This document shows positions 1 to 13,908 of a stretch of 32,354 bases of DNA, in pieces. The DNA comes from Parasitella parasitica NRRL 2501 (Eukaryota > Fungi > Mucoromycota), in the NCBI GenBank assembly GCA_025201805.1, contig MU619434.1, positions 1 through 32,354 of the forward strand, in the 5' to 3' direction. Below the pieces are notes generated by a model. It was given only the letters and a program-made list of their open reading frames with translations. It ran no database searches and was not told the DNA's origin. Position numbers and translations under genes: made by a program. Each line of letters starts with the position of its first letter. The stretch's first letter is position 1.

Positions 1-1
1 A

Positions 2-309
2 ACATAAATTTTTGGTGACTTATTTAAAATACTAATCGATACTAATCGATAAGAATAATTTGCAAGCAACATCATATCCTTAACAGGGTACGATGTATTA
101 TTATACTACAAGGTTATTGATCTTTGATCTGACAGTTGTACCTTATTGTTTGTCAATCATACAGATCTGTGGTACAGATAACCTTCCTGATTTAAAACGA
201 GGACTTTATTCTCCTGTTTCGACAAGTATAACAACACATCATTGGGCAATCTCCAATCTTTAATTGAAGTACGCTATCATGATCTCCTAACCTACATTAT
301 GGCAGATCA
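2..309. repeat. Dispersed repeat family W, copy 1 (decayed minus-strand coding relic)
   Basis: Colinear with 25239-25553. Shared blocks include ACATAAATTT(T/A)TGGTGACTTATT, ACAGGGTAC, GATCTGACAGT, ATAACCTTC(C/T)TGATTT, CATCATTGG(G/A)CAATCT, ATGATCTCCT and TTATGGCAGATCA. Minus-strand translations of both copies share VLQLKI(G/E)DCPMM with synonymous codon differences. Confidence 0.85.
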
Positions 310-904
310 TAAACTTAATATCTGTGTATGCTAGTATCGACTCATCTTAGGAGATCATTTCAGCACGAATTGATAGTGACATGACGATAAAATTTGTCAT
401 TTCTAATGTGCCAATTGCTTAGAATTGGTGTACCATGTTATGTATATGTCAAAAGTCTGATAAAAAAAATTTGCCAAAGAATTACACTTTTATTTATAAT
501 ACATCTCTCGATGTATTACATACACATTTATCACACTATGGTTCTACTGTCGAACTGCATAATGTAAATCATGGCTACACCCTTGATTTACTTACTGTAA
601 GAACCTGATACTGATCTGAGACCCTGATTTGAGACCTTGCCATGTTATTGATATAACATCTCAATTCTAAAACCGTATGCCAATATAATAAAAATTCATA
701 CTGAAGAGTAAAACATCAGCTCATTATATAATATGAAATGACATTTGGGATAAATAGAATCAAACTTTTATCTCCAGGATCTCATCACTAAAACCTTTAT
801 CCTCGCTTCCCTCACTTCATAGAAAGTATATAAACTCTTTATTTTGAATATAATAAACGGATATTTACCAGATTAATTTCTATTTAAATTTTCTGATAAA
901 TCAA

Positions 905-963
905 AGAATAACGAAACATAGACAGAAAAATACAATTAGAACTGAATATGTTTATTTTCCTAT
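905..963. repeat. Short dispersed repeat, copy 1
   Basis: AGAATAACGAAACATAGACAGAAAAATACAATTAGAACTGAATATGTTTATTTTCCTAT matches 19037-19095 with only a few mismatches. Confidence 0.85.
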
Positions 964-1049
964 TTATTGTATAGAATAGCCGCTAACATTTAACCCTGGA
1001 TCCGAGCAGAAACGGCCGTCATGACAACAAGTTGAAATAGTTGGATTTT

Positions 1050-1450
1050 TATGGATACAAAGAGGACATTGTGGATACAATCTCAATATTTTCATGTTTC
1101 CTGAATTTAGATGTAGTCTTTGAAGAGAATTACTGTCTAGTAGTTCTATTACTGTGGAAAAATGTGGAATCAGGTTTGGATATTTGAGGTTGTCTATTTA
1201 AAAATTTCAGCATGGATACATTAGATGTATTCATGCACTGTTTGATCCCACCATTACCAACACAGTTCTGCTCTACTCAACAATTGATCTCTCAACACAT
1301 ATCTACAGTAGCTATATTTACAGTTTGTTCCAAATTATTGAGGAAACTGACTGTTATAAAAAGGAGAATGTCTCTAATTTTGTGGACAAGCTGTTCAACT
1401 AGTTTCCCCTTATTGAGAATAGCTTCAGAATGATGATGTAAATATGGTTG
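1050..1450 (-). pseudogene. Decayed ORF of unknown, probably transposon-derived, origin
   Basis: One minus-strand frame (HHHSEAILNKGKLVEQLVHKIRDILLFITVSFLNNLEQTVNIATVDMC*EINC*VEQ...) stays open for about 130 codons except for TGA/TAA stops explicable by C-to-T changes. No family recognised. Confidence 0.4.
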
Positions 1451-2201
1451 TTATAAAAATTACCTACAAATTAACCCAATATTTCAAACGTTTCGCACCA
1501 TTATTCTTCTAATGGTTTTACCTCTACATTGAAGCTTCTAAAATGTACATTTACCTACGACTTCGAGTAGGCGTTAAGCTCAGGTAGCATTATTTTCCGA
1601 TTACTTGATTGGCTGAAATGAAATTAGACCTGGTTCCATGGGTCGTTAAACAGAAGGGTTGGACGAAATTTTTTCATCACATCTTTCTTTCTCGATAATC
1701 GCGTTATTGCAGTAGTGTTTTTTTTTCTTAGTTGAACCACCTGCATGGCTATAAAACTAGCATGGAAATATCTAACAAAAGGCCTAACTTGACTTTTAGT
1801 CTGATGATACCGGCGAGGATTTTGAAACAATACGTTTGTTAATGATATAGATATTTTTTAGTTTTATACGGTTTTTGTTCAAGAGGAATGATTTTGAGAA
1901 ATTAACCACTGTAATCAAATGCTTATTCGCCAAGAAAGATGAATTGTAATTGATATGATTATAAAAGAGGACCAGAATGTTGTATTTGTATAAAAATTTA
2001 TTTAGTATAACAAGTGTTGGTTTTAACTTGATCTTATATGATCTATTACAGTTTATATTAAAAAGAAAAAGAAAAAAAAAACTAGAGGGTACGATAAAAG
2101 AGACAAGCAAGGAGGATGTACAAAGAGTAGATAGTATTAGAAAGGAAGATAATAAATTAATTTTTAGATGTATGTGATAATAAACGTTTTTTTTTTTTGG
2201 T

Positions 2202-5200
2202 CTACAAGATACCCTATGTTTCCGTTCAAATTAGTACCTTATTCATTAATAACCACATCATAATGATATATATGTTGGTACCTGTGAGTAATATTGGTAT
2301 GTATCATAAAGCCGAGTGAATACATTGCAGCAACTACTCATGATCAATTTATCCACAAAAGTCTCTACTTGAGGTTCTGTCAAATGCAATTGGAAACGGT
2401 CCCTGAGGGCAGAAAGTGCATGTTGACCTCCATTTTGAAAACACGGTAATTTAGACTCTTTAGACATCATTTCAGTCAATAACAAAATGTTGTCACTGTG
2501 TTTGCGAACAGCTAAAAATGCTTGCTTTGTCAACGCTTTGTATTCAGCAAACATAGGGCTATTCACACCACCCAAGATATCGATGTACTCTTGCGGCAGC
2601 TTGAATGGAGCCATCTCAAAACCAACAGAACCGGGAGAATTGGACAAGATGAAGCCAAAATCTATATGAATAATATGGCCTGCATCATCAACCAAGAGGT
2701 TACCATTATGTCGATCTTTGATCTGCATCAAATAAGAAGCAATCGAGTACCCTGCTAAACTTTTCATGAATGCGACTTGGGCCTTTTTGTAACCTTCACT
2801 TTCAGGTGATCCCCAGCGCTACAGAGAATGAAAATGTTGGTATATAAGTTATATATCTCAACAGATAACCAAATGGACTTACCCTAGTATAATAGTCTTT
2901 CAATGAGAATACAGCGCCTTCTTCATTCCACTTCCTAGTATAAGCTTCTTTTTTTATAGAGTGAATAGATATCGAGTTCTTGACCGTTTCAATCAGACCA
3001 GAATCATCTGAAGTAACCAATACACGGATACTAAACAAAAACAGTTTAAGATAACATGACATGTGCAAGTGTGAATATCTACATACACAAACAATACTTA
3101 CTATTGAACCCAAACGTCTGTTTTAGTATCCTGCCAAATCTTTTGCATTTCTCGAATGAGTTGGATGGCAAACTGTTCTTGACGAAGATCTGCTCCATTC
3201 TTCACGATGACAGAAATTAAACGCCAGTTAGGCAAATGGCCATAAGGAGATGCAGAGCGGATACGTTCTTTCTTAGCATCCCAGTCTTCTGAAAAGACGG
3301 CAGCACTAGGATCTTCCTTGTTTACTACCATGGCAACACGCACTTGATCATCCAGTTTCTTTTCATTGCCAGCTCCTTCTCCTCCTCCACCACCGACTCC
3401 CTTATCAACGCCCTCCATAGCCATCTTTTCCATACGGTCATCTTCAAGTGCCATCATTTCAGCAATAATCTTTTGTCGAATCCCTTCTGTGCTAACTCGA
3501 ATCGTCAGATTGTCTTGCTGAGAAGGATGGTCTAATTGGAGTTGAGCTAACAAAATGGCGGCAGTCTTCATTTTCTCTGCGAATTCCTCTGCATCAAACG
3601 TACTCATATGCTCTTGATCTGAGTTGTCGTCTTTTGTATCCTTTGCATTCAAAATACCACACTCTTCGATCATGGTTTCAGAATGGTATGCGTTGTGATG
3701 AACCTCAATGGCAGCTGTTCCAATAGTAGAGGTGGAGGTTGAGCTCATAAGGTCTATGCTACGAGAGCTAGTTGGTGACCCAAGATCACCTATGTCCACA
3801 GCATTACTTTCTTCCAGCGACAGTTTTTTTTTGCTATTTCCACCCGAAAATCGCTGACTCTTTCGCTTGCTCTTTTTTATTTTGCTCAGCGAAGATTTGA
3901 ATCCATTTTCCAAACTAAGTTCGTCGTCCAACACCTCAATCATTAATAAATATGGCGCCTAGGCACATGTTAATTACTAATATACGGCAGATTTGTCTGT
4001 ATATATATATACAAAGAGGTACTTACTCTTTCTGCTGAATTCAAAACAACAGCGTCTGTAGGGCTAATTCTGACGATTCGATGATGATAAGGTCTGTCTA
4101 CGGTAGCAGGACACCACAAAGGCATACAGATTTCGGCAGGTAAATTGTGGTTCAACAAGGTCAATTCTGCATGCAGGGCACTTAATCTAGCCGGTTTCGG
4201 CACAATAACTAAGCGAGTGGCAATATCAACCAAGGCGAGTAGAAACTGCATCTCGGAACGAAAGTAATTTGATCGAAGCAAATGACGGCGATCATCAAGG
4301 CTCAACTTGGCCAACGCATAGACTTCATCGTCATCCGAGCTACTATTATTCACTAGATCATCCTCTTCTGTTTGGCGATGATAACGTTGTAAATCAGCCG
4401 AGGCAGACCGCTTCGGAGGGCTCTGTCCTAAGGCTTCTTCTGATGAAACGGAACGACATGGTGTACCTGGTGTAGTAGGCGTTGTAGGCGTTGTTGGCGT
4501 TGAAGGCGAATTAGCCAAGGGCACAGAAGATTGAGCCATGGCTTTCATGCTGGCAGGATTCATTCCTCTGCCCATCAGTAGCTGAGGTGGTGCGTTTGCA
4601 TCATGAGAGACCAATGTGGAACGGACTGTATGGTTAATCTTTTGTTGAGCTTGTTTCAGATACCGAGACACACTGAATGCTTTGCCTCGATGTAAATCTT
4701 CTAACGAGACGGTAAAGTGATTAGAATCGCCCAAGATGGAAGAAAACGCGGATGCTGATTTGGGTCGACTAGTATTTTTTTTAAGGGGTAATTGTGGATT
4801 TGAAGAAGACTGAAATGGTAATCTTTGCAGATCTCCATTGGAGGCGGCATCGGGAGGAGGGAGGGTGGAAGCATCAGACTCAGTTTCATCTAGTGTACTA
4901 TTACGGCGACTGACGACAGAAGCATCCACCGAGTTGAAAGTTGTGCGAGGCTTGCGTCCTTGAGCAATAGCTACACTACCAACAGGCCTTGTGGAAAGGG
5001 GTTGGCCAATACCGGCAAGCATAGCACCCATGCCTACCAATGCTGGAAACGCATTCTCACGCACATGCTGCGTTTTATTCAATTCAGCTGGATCGTCCTG
5101 ATTTTTTTCCGCAAAGATGATGGCTTGGCATCTATTCAGCACTCTTTTGCACAGTTGAAATGAAGGGTTCTGCGGATTGGCAGCTAAATCAGAGAGGTAG

Positions 5201-5601
5201 GCCTGGAGATACCAAAGACTCTACCCGACGGACGTCAGTTATCTTTTTTCATTATATCTAAGCAAAAGGATGGCTTACCATGACAGCAATATGTGTTGAT
5301 TGCTCACATGCATCTATGACATAGCATTCAAGAGCAACCGATTCTGTGGGACGGGTGATTAAAAGATGCCTAAATACAATCGATTGAGTAAAGAAATTGC
5401 CTTGTATCACATTGTCAAGTGTCTACAATACATGAGTTGAGGTAAAAAGAACTCAATTTCAGCTATAGGAAACTTTCTTAACTGGGTGCACAGGTAGTGT
5501 TGGATGCCGACATTATCAGGATAACGAAATATGTACGATATAGCAATCCAAGCATTGAAGTATTCAGATGTAAAGAGTCGCAATAGTAAGGCGTTCGACA
5601 T
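2202..5601 (-). CDS. PIK1: Phosphatidylinositol 4-kinase type III beta (Pik1), about 1002 aa
   Basis: Exons 5601-5432, 5369-5279, 5220-4027, 3958-3102, 3030-2883, 2818-2282, 2213-2202, all GT-AG and in phase. N-terminal LLRLFTSEYF...FFLPQL helical/LKU region; IVKNGADLRQE; QIKDRHNGN; HIDFGF; canonical C-terminus YQYYSQGIL*. Confidence 0.96.
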
Positions 5602-6139
5602 GGCTGGATAGTACTAGACAAGGGGAGATTATTCTATATTTTTGTTACTGCAACAAGCCGGTATAAATTATCATGTATATTTCAAAGTGTGGTATATAAT
5701 CTTGACTGCTGTATATGGTTATCACACAAAAGATTAGAGAAGCAACAGGCGTCCTTGCATGTATAAATACCCTTTCTATACTCAAAATTCTCGGTTTAAC
5801 AATATGTTCTCTGTCGATGATATGCGACTCTGTGGGTAGAACGGCGAGGGAGGAAAATAGAAAATAAGAAAAAGAGAGAGAGAAACAGCAATACTTCAAA
5901 AAACTCCAACTATATGGACTATATGTACTATATAGTCGGCCAATGAATGGACAATGTATTTGGAAAGAGAATGAATATGACGATGTCATAAAAATGCAAG
6001 AACAATAGTAACTGCTGGTACAAACAAACATAAGCAGCACTTTACAACTTTTATTTAGAAGGTTGTCCTACACAAACAAGCAAGAATAGCATGAAAAGAC
6101 TCTTTTGAGAGTGGATGCAAAATGGGACGAGTTTCGCTA

Positions 6140-6161
6140 CCACCACCACCACCACCACCAC
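6140..6161. repeat. (CAC/ACC)n microsatellite in the PIK1-PGI1 divergent intergenic region
   Basis: About 7 ACC units read directly from the sequence. Confidence 0.8.
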
Positions 6162-6448
6162 TACATCTCTTTGAAATGTATATTTTTAGACTGAACCCTT
6201 AGATTGAAAAGTCTATTCGCATAATTAATTTAGCAGCAATCTGGTAATTTAACTCGAAAACGGTGAAACACACGCCGGATAAATCTAGAAACGTAAAAAG
6301 CATTGCGTTCACTTTTTTCAAGGCGTTATAATTTAAAACAGAGACGTATGCACAGCCTTAAAGATGCGGATACACAAAAAAAAAAAAAAAGAGAAACCCT
6401 TGAGTTATGGAAAATTTCATATAAAAAGGGATCTGGAAAGTCGCTTAG

Positions 6449-8345
<1,897 letters not shown>

Positions 8346-10569
8346 AATGATTGAATTATTCAGTCGTATTTTTCTTTTTTTTATTAGAGTTTAACCTTTG
8401 TTATTAGTTTGACTCATTTATCTCCCTCTTTTTTTCTATCATACTTCATAAACACATTGCTGCCTTTGCCATTTCAAATATAACATGTGCCTAGGATGCA
8501 ACATGAATAATGCTTATGTTGTTGTTTGTCATTTCAGCCTCATTAAGTGAGATTCCACATGTATTACATTTGAATGATTATCTAATAATACCAAACCTGA
8601 TCTTTCAAACACCTTAAATTATTTTCCTTTGGTTCCAAATTCGTTTAGTTAAACGCTGCCCTTTATTTTGTGAAGCAGTATTTACAGTAAGCGCGACACT
8701 AAAGGGCGGCTACTGTTTTCAATTATTTCAAAAGACTGTTGCTGTTTTATTTTGAAGTATGGACCAAAATTGTTCAATAGTATTAAGTTCAGGCGAGTAA
8801 AAAGGGAGATAAACGCACTTATATCCTCTCTCTCTCTCTCTGTCACCATAGTATCAATCTCTTTATACGTATAGATTGCTATATAATCCATGGCTATATA
8901 ATATCCTTTCATTTCCGGAATGTAATTTTTTTTTTTTTTTTTTTTTGAATGAAACGCTGCATTGTGTTTTGAGGAAAATTTTCACACTAGATTCTTTCAG
9001 TGTTCTTTCAGTGTGAATGATTCGAATTTTTCGAGAAGTGAGCAAATTGCATCCACAACCTTGGCTTGAGGGTTACTGTCATAAAAAGTTAAAAGGTGCT
9101 TCTCATCAAGCTGGCCTGCTGATTTATTGATTTATTGGTTGGTTTTTCGAAAATGTTCTGATCTTTCGTTGGAAACTAGATTAAGGAATAGTAATTTTAT
9201 TTTCACAGTGATGGCTTAGCCTCGCTCCAAAAAGAACAATGGGTGTCGCTTTGAATATGTCTTGCTCTAATATTACTTTACTTGATTCTTTACGAGCAAT
9301 TTAACTGAAAACCATTTTTAAATGCAAAATCTCCAATTACAAGCTTTTGAATACCAGTAGACGTTTTGTATCGAAGGCGAGAATGTGCAGCTGACACTGT
9401 GATACGAGTAAATATTCAGAGTGTTTAAATATCTCAATGTCTGTATCATGTCGTAATACAAATCAGCCGGAATTGAGGCATTCGTGGTACTGAGATGATC
9501 GCAAAGAATAGAGCGCTGCTTGTATGGCTATACAATTGTATTGTATTACTTTGATGATTATGATGCCCTGTCTTGTAGTTTTGTTTTGGTTAGAAAATAC
9601 TCGTATATATTAATAAAGTATTCAATTCTTCTTTATGCTTTCCGTACAAAGACAAGGTTAGAATCAGCGCATCTTCATAATATGAGACCTCCTATGGAGT
9701 ATCTATCTATTTATTTGCACGTAGTATATATTATCAAAAGATAGCAACTCGCTTTGAAAGAATCGATTTGTCAACTGGAAGAGTGTAATTTTGGCTACGG
9801 TGAGTGCCTGAGCATAGATGGTATCATTTTAATTTTTCTTAAAGAAAAATATAAACTAATCCAAAGAATATAAAGACGATTTTAAGCTTTAACTTTAATA
9901 TTTTACAATGTCAACAAATGCTACTTTGTCTACCAGCGTAAGGATTTGAAGCATTTGGATATAAACAAGATCTTGAATTCACTGATTTAGTGGCTAGTAT
10001 CGAGCATTTATAATCGAGAGCAATCATTGGGTGCCTAGTACGTATGTATAATGTCGAGCCATCTCTTGCATATGTATATTCATTGTTGTTGTATATGCCT
10101 ATTCTAAGGAGAAATAGGGGCTGTTGTAACAGTTTTAAATGATTGCCTACAGGAAACTTCACATCGAAAAGGCTGCTTTTAGATCCTGCCTATGTAATCT
10201 ACATGCATTCACAGAAAACAATGTATAGAACGTAAACCAAATGCATAGTAAGCGATAATGATAAAACGAACAAAGCAGGCATTTAGTCATCAAATAATTG
10301 AGGTGAAGTTGTCCACACGAATATAAATAAAACTAAGCCCTTCTTTTATTTTATCATTAGGAGTAACATCATGTCGAATAAAAGTAGGAGAGCCACCTTT
10401 ATATATTATTAAAAGGAGAAGAGTTTAGTTTGTGGCTCTAGATATAGCTCGTCAAGAATAATTGATTATTTGAGAAGGAGTAGAAGATGTCAAATGAGGA
10501 GATGCAAGGGAGGCAAAAAGAAACATGCGTCGAACAATGAATTTGGTGTTACAGGCGAGAGATTTTTTT

Positions 10570-11399
10570 TTACAATAACAAGGATGCAGCTGCGAAAGTC
10601 ATGCCGATTGCAGCAGCACCAAAGATGGAGGTAGTAGAACCAGCGCTTAGAGCGCTTCCGGTGGCATTTGCATTATTTGATGTTTTAGGAAGAAGGATGG
10701 AAGGATTTGTTGAGGCAGGCTGAGTAGCGGATGAAGAGTTAACGGCAGCGGAAGAGTTAGTGGTAATGGAAGCATTAGTGGCTGCTGAAGCTTTAATATC
10801 AGTACCAGCAGGCAGGGTAACATTTGCAGTCGAATTGGATGCTCCAATAACATCACCAATGGGGACAGTGACAGCAGTACCATCAGACTATATAGGTAAA
10901 AAGTCAGTATATGTATGCAGATGGCTAGTTGCGCAACTTTTATATACATACGCAAGGTTCTTGCATACAGACACAGAAAGGCTTGTCAGTATCGAGGTTA
11001 TCACAATCCTGTTTAAAATGAAATTGTCAGTTTTTTTCTAAAGTCAAATACAGATTGTGGTATATACTAGACATACATGCTTTTCACTGTGATGAAGTCC
11101 AGGGTTCTGCAATAAAACGAATAGATAAAAGGCATTAATAACTCCATTTAATACAAATTGTGTCTTAAAGTACCATTTTGTAGAAATCAGATTCTTGAAG
11201 CTGGAATCGAGCAGCAACAGATACACATGTATCAACTGCGGTGACTGTATACATAGATGTTTGTGTTAGATTTGAATATTTATATTATGTACAGGTTGCT
11301 ATATTTACTGGTATAATTCTTAAGACACCCTTCAGCAGGCTTTGCAATTGCTTGGCCGATAAAGAGGAGAGCAATGGATGATGCAGCGATGAATTTCAT
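10570..11399 (-). CDS. Secreted LysM-domain protein with Ser/Thr/Ala-rich stalk and probable GPI-anchor signal, about 188 aa
   Basis: Manually spliced exons 11399-11309, 11244-11174, 11106-11077, 11008-10952, 10887-10570, all GT-AG and in phase. Signal peptide MKFIAASSIALLFIGQAIA; fungal LysM CLKNYTITAVDTCVSVAARFQLQESDFYKMNPGLHHSEKHDCDNLDTDKPFCVC; S/T/A/N-rich region; hydrophobic tail SIFGAAAIGMTFAAASLLL*. Confidence 0.9.
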
Positions 11400-12359
11400 T
11401 TTGTGTTTGTTGCGAGTTTAAGGTGATAGTAGATCATAAGAATTGAAAAAAAAATGGAGGTTTTTATAATGCAAATCCTGTATTGATTATAGCATCCGTT
11501 GCTCGTGCTTATAAGCTTATTATGGATAGCTACAGGATATATGCAAATGGAAATACCAAACTCAAAAGAGTTTTATCCAACTCCTTTTTGCATTGTTTGG
11601 CTTTTTTAGTTTGAAAAGTAAGGAGTAGCCAATTGCACTGATTTAATTGCATGGCATCCCGCGCAAAGTAGACTGAATATTCTCGGTAAACTAACCTAAA
11701 CTATCATGCTAGTGTATCACATTAGATCAACGGCTTGTTTGCAGGGAGGCTGTAAATCATGTATGGATGTAAAATAGGTTTAGGCACTATTAGTGGAAGG
11801 AGGAAGTCAGACACGGCACACTGTGCAAATAATCGCACGCGAAGTACGGGCAAGTAAATTAAATTCTTTATTGCTGTGGTTTGATAATGATCTTTGTGGC
11901 ATTCAAAGTAAATACCACATACACGCTGTAACTATTGCCTCCCCCCCCTTTCTAATCGAGAATTAAATTGCATACTTGACAAGTTAATGATTACCCCTGG
12001 TCGAAGAGCGATTCCCTCTGAATCTATCTTGAATTCAATTCCGAGAACAAATTAGACGAAAAACCAAAGTTTATGTTCCATTCATAATGAGCAGATTACT
12101 GCAAATTCATTTCTAATAAATTAATTACTTACAGAGCAGAAACGAATTTAATCTGTTTGTTTTTAATATTTGGTGAAGAATCAATTTATGTGGTGACATA
12201 TTGGCACACGAGTAGGGATTTAATACATATTATGAACTATTAATGCGAAAGATTTGTTCCCTCAAGGCGGCAAGGTGTACTTGAGTATCTTTAAATGATT
12301 TCAAGGCGCTGCATCTGATGTAATGCGTCCACTTTTGGATGGAGTTCTAGCGCCAAAAG

Positions 12360-13390
12360 CATTGACTCAACCGCCCAAACCTAGCTCCAAAATTATAATT
12401 GTTGGTGCTGGCTGCTTTTATTTGTCAATTGCATATGCTCTATCAAAAGATAAAACAAAAAACTATGACGTCTGGAGATACGACAAAGGTACAATCCCTG
12501 TCTCGGACGCAGCTTCGACAGGTATACCGCAAATAAGCCCTTTATAATAACAAGAAATTGAATATACAGACATCAGCAAGGCTGTCAGAATGGATTATAG
12601 GACCAATACAATTTAAATGCATCTAGCCCTTGCAGCTATTGATGTTTAGAGGCAGCGAAATGCAGACAGGGCCAAGAAAAGGTTAGGCCTGTTTATGGCA
12701 ACACTGCCGTGCTTTTTTTTTTTCAATAAATAGCCAATATGCAGACTATGAAAAGGAAAATTTAAAAAGCATTTGAAGAGCATGCTATGGAGACTGGATT
12801 GAAGAACTACATGCAACTATAATTAAAGACAAATAATCTTTCTTGTCTGATATGACATGGCATATTCAAACAAAACTGGATGTTATGATCAATTTAGATA
12901 AAATAAGCACCACTGATTGTCAAACAAACAAGGTTGGTGTGACTCTTCAGAATCAATCAAGCATTTGTATGATGCATGTGTCCGTAAAAGCGCCAGCTTT
13001 GTCCTAGGTAGCAAAGCTGGGAATTTCAAAGAACTGACGGTGGATTATGACAATGTAATAGTTGGCATTGTCCCTACCGATGACAAACAACCCCGCGCAG
13101 ATCAAGTTATTCTTGCTACTGGGTCTTGGACGCCTTCCGTCAGTGACATGCATGGGCAGTATATGATTCATTTTAAGCTCTCAAAAGAGGACCAGAAACG
13201 CATAGCAAGATTTCGCAGCAGAGAGGACTTGCTAGTATCAGCATGTATTTCGTATTGCGCCATTTGTAAGTTTCTTCCTGTCATTGGTGATAAAATCCGT
13301 GGTACCATAGAAGATGTTGATTCTTACAGTATAAGCGTATCTGGGCTTGGAAGCACAAGAGATTCTATGACAGACCTTTGCTGGTAAAGA
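12360..13390 (+). pseudogene. Pseudogene of an FAD-dependent oxidoreductase (fructosyl-amino-acid oxidase / sarcosine oxidase-like)
   Basis: KIIIVGAGCFYLSIAYAL (GxGxxG degenerate), DAAST|DISKAVRMDY across intron 12522-12569, GWCDS, ADQVILATGSWTP. In-frame stops TAA 12614-12616 and TAG 12647-12649, further disruptions, and a C-terminal part that looks deleted or scrambled. Confidence 0.85.
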
Positions 13391-13749
13391 AGGGCGATGA
13401 TGATACTAGAATGGCAGCATTGGAAGAGCTACGAGCAAATAAAGACTAGATTGTTTCAAACGTCTACAGCTTGAGCAGGTTTTTAATCTGAAAATAGATT
13501 GCCCCAACTATATTTTTCCTCGTACCTGAGAGTTAATCGTCAGAGCTATCAATTTTGAAAGGTCTCAGGAACTGCTTTTCTCCAACAAGAGCAACGGATT
13601 TTTAACATTCCGTCGCTTTGGTTGAACTGAGATCGATGTGCTTTGTTTATTTTTACAACAGTGAAACCAGCCCAAAAGCAAAAAGACGCAAATGGCGTGT
13701 TTATTTTACGGGTTTGAATTTTATTTCATGACAAAAGGCCAAAAAACAC

Positions 13750-13796
13750 GAGGAAGGGAAGGGAAGGGAGGAGGAAGGGGGAGGGAGGGGGGGGGG
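13750..13796 (+). repeat. Pure purine, G-run tract (G-quadruplex/triplex-capable)
   Basis: GAGGAAGGGAAGGGAAGGGAGGAGGAAGGGGGAGGGAGGGGGGGGGG has six runs of 3 or more G. Confidence 0.75.
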
Positions 13797-13908
13797 TAAA
13801 TGACATTTGATATATATATATGATAGTTATGTCTGATTCTTTTCTTTTTGTTTTTTTCTATAAAAGAGAGATAATAATAATACAATACTTTACAATAAAC
13901 AGGTTCTT

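Noticed and set aside
497-518. Hairpin TAATACATC-TCTC-GATGTATTA and the 10-bp tandem duplication at about 29-51
   Set aside because: Short AT-rich features inside decayed repeat DNA, with no Helitron-type CTRR end or other supporting context.
9500-10170. ORFs 9520-9744 and 9911-10162
   Set aside because: AT-rich, no recognisable domain or coherent splice structure.
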